Below are positions 1-9,331 of a stretch of 64,000 nucleotides of DNA, one piece after another. Origin of the DNA: an uncultured Bacilli bacterium (lineage in GTDB: Bacteria; Bacillota_I; Bacilli_A; RF39; UBA660); the NCBI GenBank assembly GCA_944363785.1, contig CALVVF010000003.1, forward strand, positions 7,011 to 71,010. The letters run 5' to 3'. The translations under genes and the position numbers were made by a program. How positions within the stretch are numbered: the first letter of the stretch is position 1; every line of letters starts with the position of its first letter. The notes under the pieces were generated by a model that was given only the letters and a program-made list of their open reading frames with translations, searched no databases and was not told the origin of the DNA.

Positions 1-58
1 AATAAACAAGATTTAGCTAGCTTGTTTTTTCCTAGTTCCATCTTTATTAGACTCCTCT

Positions 59-889
59 CTATTTGTCTTCCTTATCATAATCATCTAAAAAATTATACTC
101 AAAATCTTTTCGATGGTAACCAATAATCGTATCGAGGTTCACATTAAAAGCACTTTTAAAAATATTATTTTCGATGTATGGATTATCTTTTTTTAATTCA
201 GCGATTAAATGTTTAATCACTAAGCGTTTACTGTTTAAATTCTGATCATTATTTTCGGCCGTAAATTTACAGGCACAATTTAAAAATTCTAACTGATGAT
301 ATTTGGCAAAAGAAATAATGTCTTTTTCTCGGACATAATATAATGGTCGAATCAGCTCCATCCCTTTAAAATTCGTACTGTGTAGTTTAGGCATCATCGT
401 TTTAAATTCTCCCCCATAAATGGTACTAAGAAGGATAGTTTCCATGACATCATCATAATGATGACCTAAAGCGATTTTATTACAGCCTAGTTCTTGAGCT
501 TTACTATACAATGTACCTCTACGCATCCTTGCACATAAATAACAAGGAGACTGTTCTATTTTTTCTACTGCTTGAAAAATATCGCTCTCTACTATGGTAA
601 TAGGAATGGCTAAAGTTTTCGCATTCTCTTCAATTTTTCTTCTGTTTTCTTTAGTATAACCAGGATCCATGACTAAAAAAACTAGCTCAAACTTTATTTT
701 GCCATGTCTTTGAATTTCTTGCATACATTTAGCTAGTATATAAGAGTCTTTTCCCCCTGACATACAGACGGCAATTTTGTCATTTTCTTGGATCATTTCG
801 AACTCTTTTACCCCTTTGACAAACTTTGCCCAGATATCTTTTCTATATTTGGTAATTAAACTATTTTCAATTACTTGATATTTTTCCAT
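59..889 (-). CDS. ttcA: tRNA 2-thiocytidine(32) synthetase TtcA (PP-loop ATPase)
   Basis: The SGGKDS PP-loop and the motifs CYLCARMRRGTLY, IALGHHYDD and GGEFKTMMPKL align colinearly with E. coli TtcA. Confidence 0.85.
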   Translation of the reverse strand: MEKYQVIENSLITKYRKDIWAKFVKGVKEFEMIQENDKIAVCMSGGKDSYILAKCMQEIQRHGKIKFELVFLVMDPGYTKENRRKIEENAKTLAIPITIVESDIFQAVEKIEQSPCYLCARMRRGTLYSKAQELGCNKIALGHHYDDVMETILLSTIYGGEFKTMMPKLHSTNFKGMELIRPLYYVREKDIISFAKYHQLEFLNCACKFTAENNDQNLNSKRLVIKHLIAELKKDNPYIENNIFKSAFNVNLDTIIGYHRKDFEYNFLDDYDKEDK

Positions 890-1039
890 ATTTACTCCCT
901 TTTCGCCTTTTTATTTTAACATTTTTTAGTTAGAAAAGAAAGCACTTTTTATAACACAAAAAACCAACTTTTTTTCGGTTAAATCTCGTTTCTTAAGAAA
1001 CTGTTTAATCTTTATAGTTGGTTTTCTTTTTTCCTATTT

Positions 1040-2170
1040 TTATTCTTCTACTTTAGTCAAAGTAACATCTGCAGTTCTTACTTTACCATCACGATTATAA
1101 GTAAGTTGGACCGTATCTCCTACTTCATATTGATATAACTGGTAACGTAAATAAGCAGCATTACTAACTGATTTTCCATTTACGGCAGTAATGACATCCC
1201 CTACACGTAATCCAGCTTTATCAGCTCCACTACCTGAAGTAATTCCGACAATAACTACTCCTTCTTCGATATCAGAGTCTATTCTAATATTATATTGATA
1301 CAAACGATAACTATCTGTTACATTTAACATACTAATTCCAATTAATGGACGTTCGATTGCTTTACCTGATTCTAATTCATCGACATATTTCATTGCATAT
1401 TCGATAGGAATAGCGAATCCCATACCTTCGATTTCATCTTCTACTAATTTTAAAGAATTGATTCCGATTACTTCGCCATTAACATTAACTAGTGGTCCAC
1501 CACTATTTCCTGGGTTGATTGCGGCATCTACTTGTAAAACATTCATTACCCAATCACTTGTTGAATCAACACTGACAGTTACCATACGATTTTTACCTGA
1601 TAAAGTTCCTTTGGTTACTGTACCACGATATTCATAACCAATTGGAGTACCAACAGTAAATACGGTATCTCCTACATTAGATTCTTCACTATTTCCGATT
1701 TTAGCTACTTGTTTTACTAACTCGCCATCAATTCTAACAACGGCTAAATCCATATAACGATCGCTACCTAATACTGTACCTTTTACTTGATCATCACTAG
1801 ATAATGTAACAAGTAATTCATCTGCACCGTCAACTACGTGATGATTAGTTAGAATATAAGCATACTTACTATCTTCATCTTTCTTATAGATAAACCCACT
1901 TCCTGAAGAAGTTAATCTTCCATTTTGGTAATTCTGTAATGTTACTGTAGCATCGTATATTTCTCCTACGGCAGGAGCAATTCCCGTCTCATCAATAGTA
2001 ATATCTGAATTACACTTTACAACACCCGTTGTATTGGTTGTTTGATTACTAATCATATTACTTTCCTTAATCTCATCCTGCATAAAATAATACGTTGTGA
2101 ACCCTCCGGCACCACCGGCTACAGCTACTACTAAAAGAACACTTAAAAACTTTACTAATTTTTCTCTCAT
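1040..2170 (-). CDS. htrA: HtrA/DegP-family serine protease with N-terminal membrane anchor and C-terminal PDZ domain
   Basis: The catalytic triad is present as TNHHVV (His), DLAVVRI (Asp) and GNSGGPLVN (Ser). The start was moved to the ATG at 2170, which has the RBS GAAGGTGGAAGA; this removes a 13-aa extension from the track ORF. Confidence 0.85.
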   Translation of the reverse strand: MREKLVKFLSVLLVVAVAGGAGGFTTYYFMQDEIKESNMISNQTTNTTGVVKCNSDITIDETGIAPAVGEIYDATVTLQNYQNGRLTSSGSGFIYKKDEDSKYAYILTNHHVVDGADELLVTLSSDDQVKGTVLGSDRYMDLAVVRIDGELVKQVAKIGNSEESNVGDTVFTVGTPIGYEYRGTVTKGTLSGKNRMVTVSVDSTSDWVMNVLQVDAAINPGNSGGPLVNVNGEVIGINSLKLVEDEIEGMGFAIPIEYAMKYVDELESGKAIERPLIGISMLNVTDSYRLYQYNIRIDSDIEEGVVIVGITSGSGADKAGLRVGDVITAVNGKSVSNAAYLRYQLYQYEVGDTVQLTYNRDGKVRTADVTLTKVEE

Positions 2171-3129
2171 TCTTCCACCTTCTTTGTTATATTTGCTAAT
2201 TCTTGCCAATTGACAGGAAAGCCCATTCTTGTTAATACTTTATCCACTGTAATCGTTTTTAGATTGTATTCTAAATTTTCTAAAATATGTTTGATTTCTT
2301 CAGTTAGATTTTTAAATTCCGTTTCTGTTAATAACTGTTTAATAATTATCACAAGGGCAAAGATGTCATTTATACCTTGTACATACTCACCTTCTACCTT
2401 TTCTAGTTTTAATAACTTATGGTAGACGGTTTCCTCTAGATGTCGTTGAGTCCTATTTTCGAATACAATATCCTCATGTGCACACAAATTACGATAATTG
2501 GCTAAGATTGGTAAATAATTCTGTAGTGTCTCTGCATCGATCCCATAGACTTCAGCAATACTGTCTTGATCTTCTCGCTTTAGAACTGAATAGAGTTCAC
2601 CAACAATCCCAAAAGACAACACTTTAACTAAAACCCATAGGGGAATATAACCATAATTATTTACATAGTGCATAGTAGCTGCATGCTGAGGAGCATTTAT
2701 CCGAACCTGACGTTTCATTTTTTTTATTAAGTCATTCACTTGTCTGGATTTTTGAGGTATATGAGTGAAATTTCTTGCTTTTAGATAATCACTTTCTTTA
2801 TAACCATATTTTTTAGATAATTGGTAAGCGATAATCGATTTTATACTATTCTCAATAATTAATAAATTCTTAAAAATAATATTACGAAATGCTCGATCGA
2901 ATAAAAATAAACTATATACTTCTTCAAACGTAGTTCCTTCTATAAATCTTTTCTCATTTGCCGATTTTAGAAATAAGTGACGATAACCGTTTAGAAAAAA
3001 ATAGTTTTCTCGTAGTAAAACTCTTTTGGCATAAGTCTTATCTTCGATCTTTAAGCCTTTATATTCTAAGATCGTAATTTGCTCATCTAATGTTTTAAAA
3101 TTCTTATCAAAAGCCATACCACTCATCAC
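2167..3129 (-). CDS. Abi_2-family abortive-infection protein (AbiD/AbiF-like)
   Basis: The N-terminus TLDEQITILEYKGLKI..LLRENYFFLNGY and the later YRNLCAHEDIVFEN motif match the Abi_2 signature (Q-I-ELLK-RGL and LRN-CAH--RLWN). The stop TGA overlaps the htrA ATG, reading ATGA. Confidence 0.7.
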   Translation of the reverse strand: MMSGMAFDKNFKTLDEQITILEYKGLKIEDKTYAKRVLLRENYFFLNGYRHLFLKSANEKRFIEGTTFEEVYSLFLFDRAFRNIIFKNLLIIENSIKSIIAYQLSKKYGYKESDYLKARNFTHIPQKSRQVNDLIKKMKRQVRINAPQHAATMHYVNNYGYIPLWVLVKVLSFGIVGELYSVLKREDQDSIAEVYGIDAETLQNYLPILANYRNLCAHEDIVFENRTQRHLEETVYHKLLKLEKVEGEYVQGINDIFALVIIIKQLLTETEFKNLTEEIKHILENLEYNLKTITVDKVLTRMGFPVNWQELANITKKVEE

Positions 3130-3302
3130 CTACCATAAATTATACCACACAAATTATGTAAATTGTATGAAAAAATTGTGAAAAAATATGGGGAAAAATG
3201 GGAAAGAATAACTAAGAAATTTAGCTAGTATTTTTCATACTAATTTTGTTCTTGTTTTACATATATTATAATAAATGATATAATTTTTTTGGATGTGATG
3301 TT

Positions 3303-4283
3303 ATGGCTAGCAGTATTACCCATGCCTATTTTGCAATGGATGTTTATGATCGATTAAGTATTAAAAGTAAAGAACTATTAGTAGAACATAAAGAACTATT
3401 TAAAACCGCAGCTCAAAGTATGGATGTCTTATTTTTTTATAATCTTACCAATTTAAAAAAGGGTAAAAAGATGCGTGATTTTGGTTCTTATTTTCATCGT
3501 CATAAAAGTTATGACTTTTTTTCTACCTTAGTCAATTATATTAAATATAATCACTATCAATATCATCCCGAAGTTATTGCTTTTCTCTATGGTATGTTAA
3601 GTCACTATGTATTAGATTCAACGATACATCCTTATGTTATTTATCGAACGGGAGAATATAATAAACAGGATAAATCCACATATCGTTATAATCAATTACA
3701 TGGGGAAATGGAATCTTACTTTGACAACTATTTGGTTATGATTAGAGAGCATATGAGGCCATATAAGTTCAAGTGTCATGAATTCTGTTTCAATGTCAAT
3801 ACACTTAGTCCTGAACTTATCGAAGTAATGGATTTTACTTATCGAGAAGTATTTGGAATAGATAAATTTCATACTTATTATTTAAAAGCTATCTCTCAAA
3901 TGCGCTTTTTTTTCCGAGTATTTCGTTATGATCCAACGGGATGGAAACGATTAAGTTTTTCATTAATTGATTTAGTTTGTCCTAAAAGTTTACTTCGTAA
4001 AGCTCCCCTTTCTTATCATATGAAAATGGGAAACTATAAATGGTTTTTAAATCTAGAACATAAAAAATGGTATAATCCAACAGATAAGAGAACAAGTAGT
4101 AGTAAATCTTTATTAGAATTATATAGTGAAAGTTTAGCTAAAACAACAGAGATGATCAATGAGATCAATCAGTTCTTTTATTACGATAAGAAAATAAACT
4201 TGAAAAAAGTTTTATCTAATCGCAGTTATGTTACTGGAAAAGATTGTAGTAAAAATAAAGAATTAAAATACTTTGAGTTTTAA
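3303..4283 (+). CDS. putative zinc-dependent phospholipase C-family protein (His/Asp-rich metal-binding motifs)
   Basis: The ITHAYFAMD N-terminus plus the FGSYFHRH and HYVLDSTIHPYV motifs resemble the PLC/P1-nuclease-like metal-site pattern. This is a weak, memory-based assignment. Confidence 0.35.
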   Translation: MASSITHAYFAMDVYDRLSIKSKELLVEHKELFKTAAQSMDVLFFYNLTNLKKGKKMRDFGSYFHRHKSYDFFSTLVNYIKYNHYQYHPEVIAFLYGMLSHYVLDSTIHPYVIYRTGEYNKQDKSTYRYNQLHGEMESYFDNYLVMIREHMRPYKFKCHEFCFNVNTLSPELIEVMDFTYREVFGIDKFHTYYLKAISQMRFFFRVFRYDPTGWKRLSFSLIDLVCPKSLLRKAPLSYHMKMGNYKWFLNLEHKKWYNPTDKRTSSSKSLLELYSESLAKTTEMINEINQFFYYDKKINLKKVLSNRSYVTGKDCSKNKELKYFEF

Positions 4284-4353
4284 AGTTTTAATTCTTTTTT
4301 GTTTAATCTGTATGTTTTTTTTAAATCATCTAATACTAGTATTAGGTGATGAT

Positions 4354-5442
4354 ATGTTTTATAAATATTTAATGGTTAATGTAGAAGGTAAAGATGTTTT
4401 ATATTTATATTTAAATAATAAAGAAGAGTATGCCAGTGAATTTATTTTTCAACGTCATGAGAGGGAACCAGTTGAATTATACCGGAAGATTTCTCACTAT
4501 GTGGATAATATGGGAATTGATTTTTCTGGGAATATGATCTATGTCGTCGTTAATGATATTGTGGTAGTCTCTTTAGATTTAAGTAATTATGATAAAAGAA
4601 ATGATCGGTTAGTAGAGATCATTGGGGTTGAGAGTGGGTTAAGTAATAAGTTCATCGATTTAGATCGAAGTAGTGGTATCATCGAACGTTTAAAAATGGA
4701 TGATTATATTTTTGGAGTAGTCTCTGGGGAAATGCCCGCTGTATTTCATGATGAAACATTAAAAGCACAGGCTGTAATTGCTAGAACTTATGCTTCTAAA
4801 CGATTGAGTAAAGGTTTAAAAATCAAAGACTATAATGCAGTACAAATCTATCGTGATAAAAATTATTTAAAAGAAATTTGGGGAAATCATTATGATGAAT
4901 ATACTCAGAAAATAAAAAAGGCAATTAAAGATACTGAAAACGAGGTTCTTATGTTTGATGGAGATTATATTGATGTCTACTATCATTTATCTAGTAATGG
5001 TAAAACTGAGGATTCTAGTAATGTTTTGAAACTTGCTTATCCTTATTTAGTCAGCGTATCTAGTTTTTTTGATACTGATCGTAATTCAGTGAGTAGAAGA
5101 ATTGTACCTAACGACTATCTTAGTAAATTATTACAAGTTGAGATCACTAAAGATACTCCTGTTGAAATCTTAGTAAAAACAATTGGTCATCGAGTAAAAT
5201 ATATTAAATTTCAAGATAAAGTGTTTGATGGATTAATTTTAGCTAGAAGACTTGGATTAAACTCTAATGACTTTAGTATTAGTATTGAAGATGATTATAC
5301 AACTTTTACTACTCGTGGACATGGACATGGATTAGGTCTTAGTAAATATGGAGCTGAGGGAATGGCTAAAGCAGGCTACTCTTATCGGCAAATTTTAGAA
5401 CACTATTATCCAAATACCTATTTACAAAAAGAAGTGAAATAG
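4354..5442 (+). CDS. spoIID: SpoIID/LytB-domain protein (sporulation lytic transglycosylase-like)
   Basis: ETLKAQAVIARTYASKRL is the SpoIID/LytB signature. The track ORF starts at TTG 4273, inside the upstream gene. The ATG at 4354 has the RBS AGGTGATGAT, although the 4273 start would add a TM-like N-terminus. Confidence 0.7.
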   Translation: MFYKYLMVNVEGKDVLYLYLNNKEEYASEFIFQRHEREPVELYRKISHYVDNMGIDFSGNMIYVVVNDIVVVSLDLSNYDKRNDRLVEIIGVESGLSNKFIDLDRSSGIIERLKMDDYIFGVVSGEMPAVFHDETLKAQAVIARTYASKRLSKGLKIKDYNAVQIYRDKNYLKEIWGNHYDEYTQKIKKAIKDTENEVLMFDGDYIDVYYHLSSNGKTEDSSNVLKLAYPYLVSVSSFFDTDRNSVSRRIVPNDYLSKLLQVEITKDTPVEILVKTIGHRVKYIKFQDKVFDGLILARRLGLNSNDFSISIEDDYTTFTTRGHGHGLGLSKYGAEGMAKAGYSYRQILEHYYPNTYLQKEVK

Positions 5443-5494
5443 CATTAATGGTTAGTGTTTTTCTTTGGTTATTATTTTGGAAACAAATAAATAA

Positions 5495-5521
5495 GTAGTA
5501 TGCTTACTTTAACATACTACT
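5495..5521. terminator. bidirectional hairpin between convergent spoIID-like and htpG genes
   Basis: AGTAGTATG..CATACTACT is an inverted repeat. Confidence 0.45.
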
Positions 5522-5579
5522 CATTGGTTTATTCTATACTTTTCTTAGAGGAAGAATAGTGAATGATCATTATTCTTTT

Positions 5580-7463
5580 TTATTTTGAAATTACTTCACA
5601 GACTAGATTACTAATTTCAGTTGGATTTGTAATTGGAAGTCCTTCAATTAATCTAGCTTGAGCATATAATATTTTTGTATAATTTTCTAGTTCTTCTTTA
5701 TTATTTTGATATAAATCTTTTAACTTTTCAGCAATTGGGTGATTAGCATTAATTTCCATCACTGTAGTTGCTTTTACTTTTTCATCAGTTGGCATTGCAT
5801 TGATTACTTTTTCCATCTCTAAAGAAATTGCTCCTTCTGATGTTAAGCATACTGGATGGTTCTTTAGACGGTTGGTAAATCTGACATCTTGGATTTCTGT
5901 TTTTAAGGCTTCTTTCATACTTGCAAACATATCTTTAGCTTCTTCATTTTGTTTTTTCAAACTTTCTTTTTCTTCTTCAGTATCTAAATCTAGGTTATCT
6001 GTACTGACATTGACAAATTTTTTATTGTCGTATTCCGTTAATGTTTGCATAACGAATTCATCTACATAATCCGTTAGGTATAGAATTTCATAACCTTTAT
6101 CTTTTACTTTTTCTACTTGTGGAAGATCATCGATCTTATCTACAGTTTCTCCACAAGCATAATAAATTTTATCTTGGTTTTCTTTCATTCTAGAAATATA
6201 TTCTTTAAAAGTAACCATTTTCTTTTCTGTTGAAGAATAGAAAATCATTAAATCCTTTAATTTATCTTTATCTAATCCATAATTGTTGTAAATACCAAAT
6301 TTCAATTGCATACCGAAAGCTTTAAAGAATTTTTCATAATTGTCACGATCATTTTCTAGTAGATCAACTAACTCACTTTTAATTTTCTTTTCTATTGTTT
6401 TGGCAATTAATTGTAGTTTACGATCTTGTTGAAGCATTTCTCGAGAAATATTTAAAGATAAATCATCGCTATCTACTAAACCTTTTACAAAGCTAAAATA
6501 ATCAGGTAATAGATCTCCACATTTTTCCATGATCATTACTCCGTTTGCGTAAAGAGTTAAGCCTTTTTCAAATTCTTTAGAGTAATAGTCATAAGAAGCA
6601 TGACTAGGTATATAGAGTAAGGCATGGTAACTGCATTGTCCTTCAACAAAAGTATGAATGGTACGAAGTGGTTCTTCATAATCAAAGAATTTTTCTTGAT
6701 AGAAACGGTTATAATCTTCTTGTTTTAAATCCTTTTTATTTTTCTTCCAAATAGGAATCATACTGTTTAAAGTTTCTTCTTCGATATGAGACTCATATTC
6801 ATCTTTAGATCCTTCTTTTAAATGGCGATGTTCAATATCCATTTTAATTGGATAACGAATATAGTCTGAATATTTTTTGACAATTCCTTGAATACGGTAT
6901 GTCTCTAGAAACTCACTATATTTTTCTTCTTCGGTATCTTCTTTTATTTTTAGGATAATTGTAGTTCCTACTTCTTCTTTTTCACATTCTTCTATTGTAT
7001 ATCCATCTGCACCTTTAGATACCCAACAGTAGGCTTTATCACTATCTATTGATTTACTAATTACACTAACTTGTTCACTAACCATAAATGCTGAGTAGAA
7101 TCCGACACCGAATTGACCAATAATATCGATATCTTTTTTCTTTTCTGCTGTTTCTTTAAAAGCAAGTGATCCACTTTGGGCGATGGTACCTAGGTTATTT
7201 TCTAATTCTTCTAAGGTCATACCACAACCATTATCACTGATTGAAAGTTCTCTCTTTTCTTTATCAAGAGCTAACTTTATTTCTAAAGAATCTCTTTTTA
7301 CTTTGATCTTTTTATCTGTTAAAGATCGATAATATAATTTATCAATCGCATCACTAGCATTAGATATTAATTCTCGTAAGAAAATTTCTTTATTTGTATA
7401 AATCGAATGAATCATTAAATCTAAAAGTTTCTTGGATTCCGCTTTAAATTGTTTCTTTTTCAT
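5580..7463 (-). CDS. htpG: molecular chaperone HtpG (Hsp90)
   Basis: The IFLRELISNASDAIDKL ATPase motif is present, the protein is 627 aa, and it is colinear with HtpG. Confidence 0.95.
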   Translation of the reverse strand: MKKKQFKAESKKLLDLMIHSIYTNKEIFLRELISNASDAIDKLYYRSLTDKKIKVKRDSLEIKLALDKEKRELSISDNGCGMTLEELENNLGTIAQSGSLAFKETAEKKKDIDIIGQFGVGFYSAFMVSEQVSVISKSIDSDKAYCWVSKGADGYTIEECEKEEVGTTIILKIKEDTEEEKYSEFLETYRIQGIVKKYSDYIRYPIKMDIEHRHLKEGSKDEYESHIEEETLNSMIPIWKKNKKDLKQEDYNRFYQEKFFDYEEPLRTIHTFVEGQCSYHALLYIPSHASYDYYSKEFEKGLTLYANGVMIMEKCGDLLPDYFSFVKGLVDSDDLSLNISREMLQQDRKLQLIAKTIEKKIKSELVDLLENDRDNYEKFFKAFGMQLKFGIYNNYGLDKDKLKDLMIFYSSTEKKMVTFKEYISRMKENQDKIYYACGETVDKIDDLPQVEKVKDKGYEILYLTDYVDEFVMQTLTEYDNKKFVNVSTDNLDLDTEEEKESLKKQNEEAKDMFASMKEALKTEIQDVRFTNRLKNHPVCLTSEGAISLEMEKVINAMPTDEKVKATTVMEINANHPIAEKLKDLYQNNKEELENYTKILYAQARLIEGLPITNPTEISNLVCEVISK

Positions 7464-7517
7464 TTCTATTCCCTCTTTCTTATTTTCAATTCGATTGGTT
7501 TTATCTTACTACTCATA

Positions 7518-7544
7518 TTAGCAAATGTCAATATAGAGTGCTAA
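7518..7544 (-). promoter_or_regulatory. CIRCE-like inverted repeat (TTAGCACTC-N9-ATTTGCTAA) overlapping the htpG promoter
   Basis: On the minus strand the site reads TTAGCACTCTATATTGACATTTGCTAA. A TTGACA -35 lies inside the spacer, followed 17 nt later by TAAGAT. Confidence 0.6.
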
Positions 7545-7637
7545 AAAAATAGAAATAATTTCTTCGCTTCGTTATTATCTATCATTTTTATCTAATTCGT
7601 TTATTAACAAAAGAAATTTACTTTTACAGTATAAATA

Positions 7638-8312
7638 CTAATCCATAGTATGATAATATTCAATTACACTATTGGTAATAATTTTAGCTAATTGTTCTTG
7701 GTATTCATCTGTTTGTAATAAATAACGTTCATTGGCATTGGACATGAAACCACATTCAATTAATACACCTAAAACTGTAGTATTTTTATACATATAAAGA
7801 TCTGTTTTCTTTAAAGATCTTTTCGTTTTTAGTTCTGTTTTAAAATTTTTCATTAATATTTCCCCAAGTACTTTATTCTGGGGATTGATTTCATTGTAAA
7901 GTACTTCAGCCCCATTCCAACTAGGATTACGGTAGTGATTAATGTGAATAGATAGATACATTTCTGCATGATATTTCTTATACATCAATATGCGACGATA
8001 GAGATCTCCCCGCTTTTTTCTATCATCCCATTCACTAGATAAATCCGTATCTGTTTCTCTTGTCATATAGACAATTGCCCCTTTTTCGCTAAGCTTATTT
8101 CTTAGCTTTTTGGATATCTCTAAAGTTATATCTTTTTCCAGTATTTTTCCATACATCGTTCCAGGATCTCTGCCTCCATGTCCAGGATCTACAAATATTA
8201 TTTTTCCTAATAAGGGTAATTCTTCACTTATCGCACTAGCTTTGGGATAAAAACCGAGAAGAAGTACTAAAATTAAGGTTAGAATTGCTGCAAAAACTAA
8301 TCTTTTCTTCAT
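7638..8312 (-). CDS. N-acetylmuramoyl-L-alanine amidase (Amidase_3, CwlD-like) with signal peptide
   Basis: IFVDPGHGGRDPGT is the Amidase_3 zinc motif, and the N-terminus is a hydrophobic signal peptide. Confidence 0.8.
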   Translation of the reverse strand: MKKRLVFAAILTLILVLLLGFYPKASAISEELPLLGKIIFVDPGHGGRDPGTMYGKILEKDITLEISKKLRNKLSEKGAIVYMTRETDTDLSSEWDDRKKRGDLYRRILMYKKYHAEMYLSIHINHYRNPSWNGAEVLYNEINPQNKVLGEILMKNFKTELKTKRSLKKTDLYMYKNTTVLGVLIECGFMSNANERYLLQTDEYQEQLAKIITNSVIEYYHTMD

Positions 8313-8518
8313 CTTCTAGATCACCTAATAAAGTATATGTTTTTTTATTTAAAGTAAGATAATCTTTTTTTTATCAATAGCTATACGTGAATTTGTTTAT
8401 TAAAGATTACCATTAATCAAAATTATGGTTTTATAGTTTTAGCAGCAAATACCTATTTTATATGAACTACCTTTCTTGGATTTTTCTATCATTTATCTTA
8501 TACTATCTATTCTCTATA

Positions 8519-8578
8519 TTTTTTCTATTTTTTCTTATTTTCATCCTTTAACTAAGCAAATTCCTAGTATATAAAAAA
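8519..8578. repeat. about 60-bp repeat, copy 1 (near-identical to 39890-39940)
   Basis: The two copies share TTTTCTATTTTTTCTT(A/G)TTTTCA(T/G)CCTTTAACTAAGCAAATTCCTAGTATATAAAAAA with only two mismatches. Confidence 0.8.
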
Positions 8579-8624
8579 GTAACATACCTTTTTGGATATG
8601 CTACTTTGAATTATACATTGAATT

Positions 8625-8873
8625 TTAATCTCCACCAAAAATATCAAATATCTCTCCTAGAAAAGACTCTCTTTTTCTTCCACCTTCTCGATAATTATCT
8701 TTGTCTTTCTTACTTTTTTGTGGAGTTGTTTCTTCTCTTTCTTCATGGTTCATTAGCTTTTCTAATTCACCACGATCTAACCAAATTCCTCTACATTCTG
8801 GGCAATAGTCAATTTCAACACCACGTTTTTCAGACATTAATAATGTTACATCTTTACATACTGGACATTTCAT
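8625..8873 (-). CDS. zinc-ribbon (zf-TFIIB-like) domain protein
   Basis: It has paired CPxC motifs (MKCPVCK..DYCPECRGIWLD). The start is set at the ATG 8873, which has the RBS GAGGAGG; the track ORF had a 20-aa extension. Confidence 0.65.
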   Translation of the reverse strand: MKCPVCKDVTLLMSEKRGVEIDYCPECRGIWLDRGELEKLMNHEEREETTPQKSKKDKDNYREGGRKRESFLGEIFDIFGGD

Positions 8874-9089
8874 ATTTTTCCTCCTCTGTTGTATTATATC
8901 ATATTCTTTATTTTTAAGTAATTTTCTTTCCAATCTTCTATCATTTTTTTCCTATTCATTCTAAATTATAAACTATCTTTCTAATAAGTAGGTATCTACT
9001 AAAAAGGAGAACAACTTTTAATATTCGTTTTTCGCATAAAAACAAGTATGCATGATTGGCATACTATAGAATATTGAATGGTGATAATG

Positions 9090-9323
9090 ATGCAAAGACT
9101 TCGTGATTTACGGGAAGATAAAGACCTAAAACAAAAAGATTTAGCTAATTTTTTACACTGTTCGCAAACTACTTATTCTAGATATGAGAATGGTAAACTT
9201 AGTGTACCAATCGATGTATTAAAAAAGTTGGCTACCTTTTATCATGTTAGTATTGATTACCTAACTGAATTTACTGACGTTAAGAAACCTTATGCTAGAA
9301 AGAATGTCGATAAAGATATTTAA
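9090..9323 (+). CDS. XRE-family HTH transcriptional regulator, paralog A
   Basis: It has an HTH_3 domain (LRDLREDKDLKQKDLA..SQTTYSRYENG) and the RBS GGTGAT. Its promoter and leader are duplicated ahead of paralog B. Confidence 0.8.
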   Translation: MQRLRDLREDKDLKQKDLANFLHCSQTTYSRYENGKLSVPIDVLKKLATFYHVSIDYLTEFTDVKKPYARKNVDKDI

Positions 9324-9331
9324 TTATATCT

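Noticed and set aside
2210-2425. The plus-strand 71-aa ORF overlapping the Abi_2 gene, and similar antisense ORFs inside htpG, secY, rpoA and other conserved genes (5800-6069, 12248-12896, 13224-13439, 16708-16956, 19683-20452, 24879-25337, 25480-25716, 27611-27916, 29044-29247, 29892-30086, 30311-30526, 33198-33572, 34231-34479, 45395-45683, 50797-51039, 51618-51872, 53061-53261, 55610-56100, 56325-56845, 59757-59960, 60456-60686, 61049-61318, 62455-62664, 8606-8917, 13999-14232, 21339-21599)
   Set aside because: They lie antisense to or inside well-supported conserved genes. They are low-complexity and AT-driven, and they lack an RBS.
4273-4353. TTG 4273 as the SpoIID start, which gives an N-terminal TM anchor
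   Set aside because: It lies inside the upstream gene's last codons and has no RBS. The ATG at 4354 has AGGTGA. The call was kept as uncertain because SpoIID usually is membrane-anchored.
8519-8578. A sigma-H-type promoter reading (AGGAATT..N12..GCTGAAA) inside the 60-bp repeat
   Set aside because: The -10 match is poor and differs between the copies, so the reading is too speculative.
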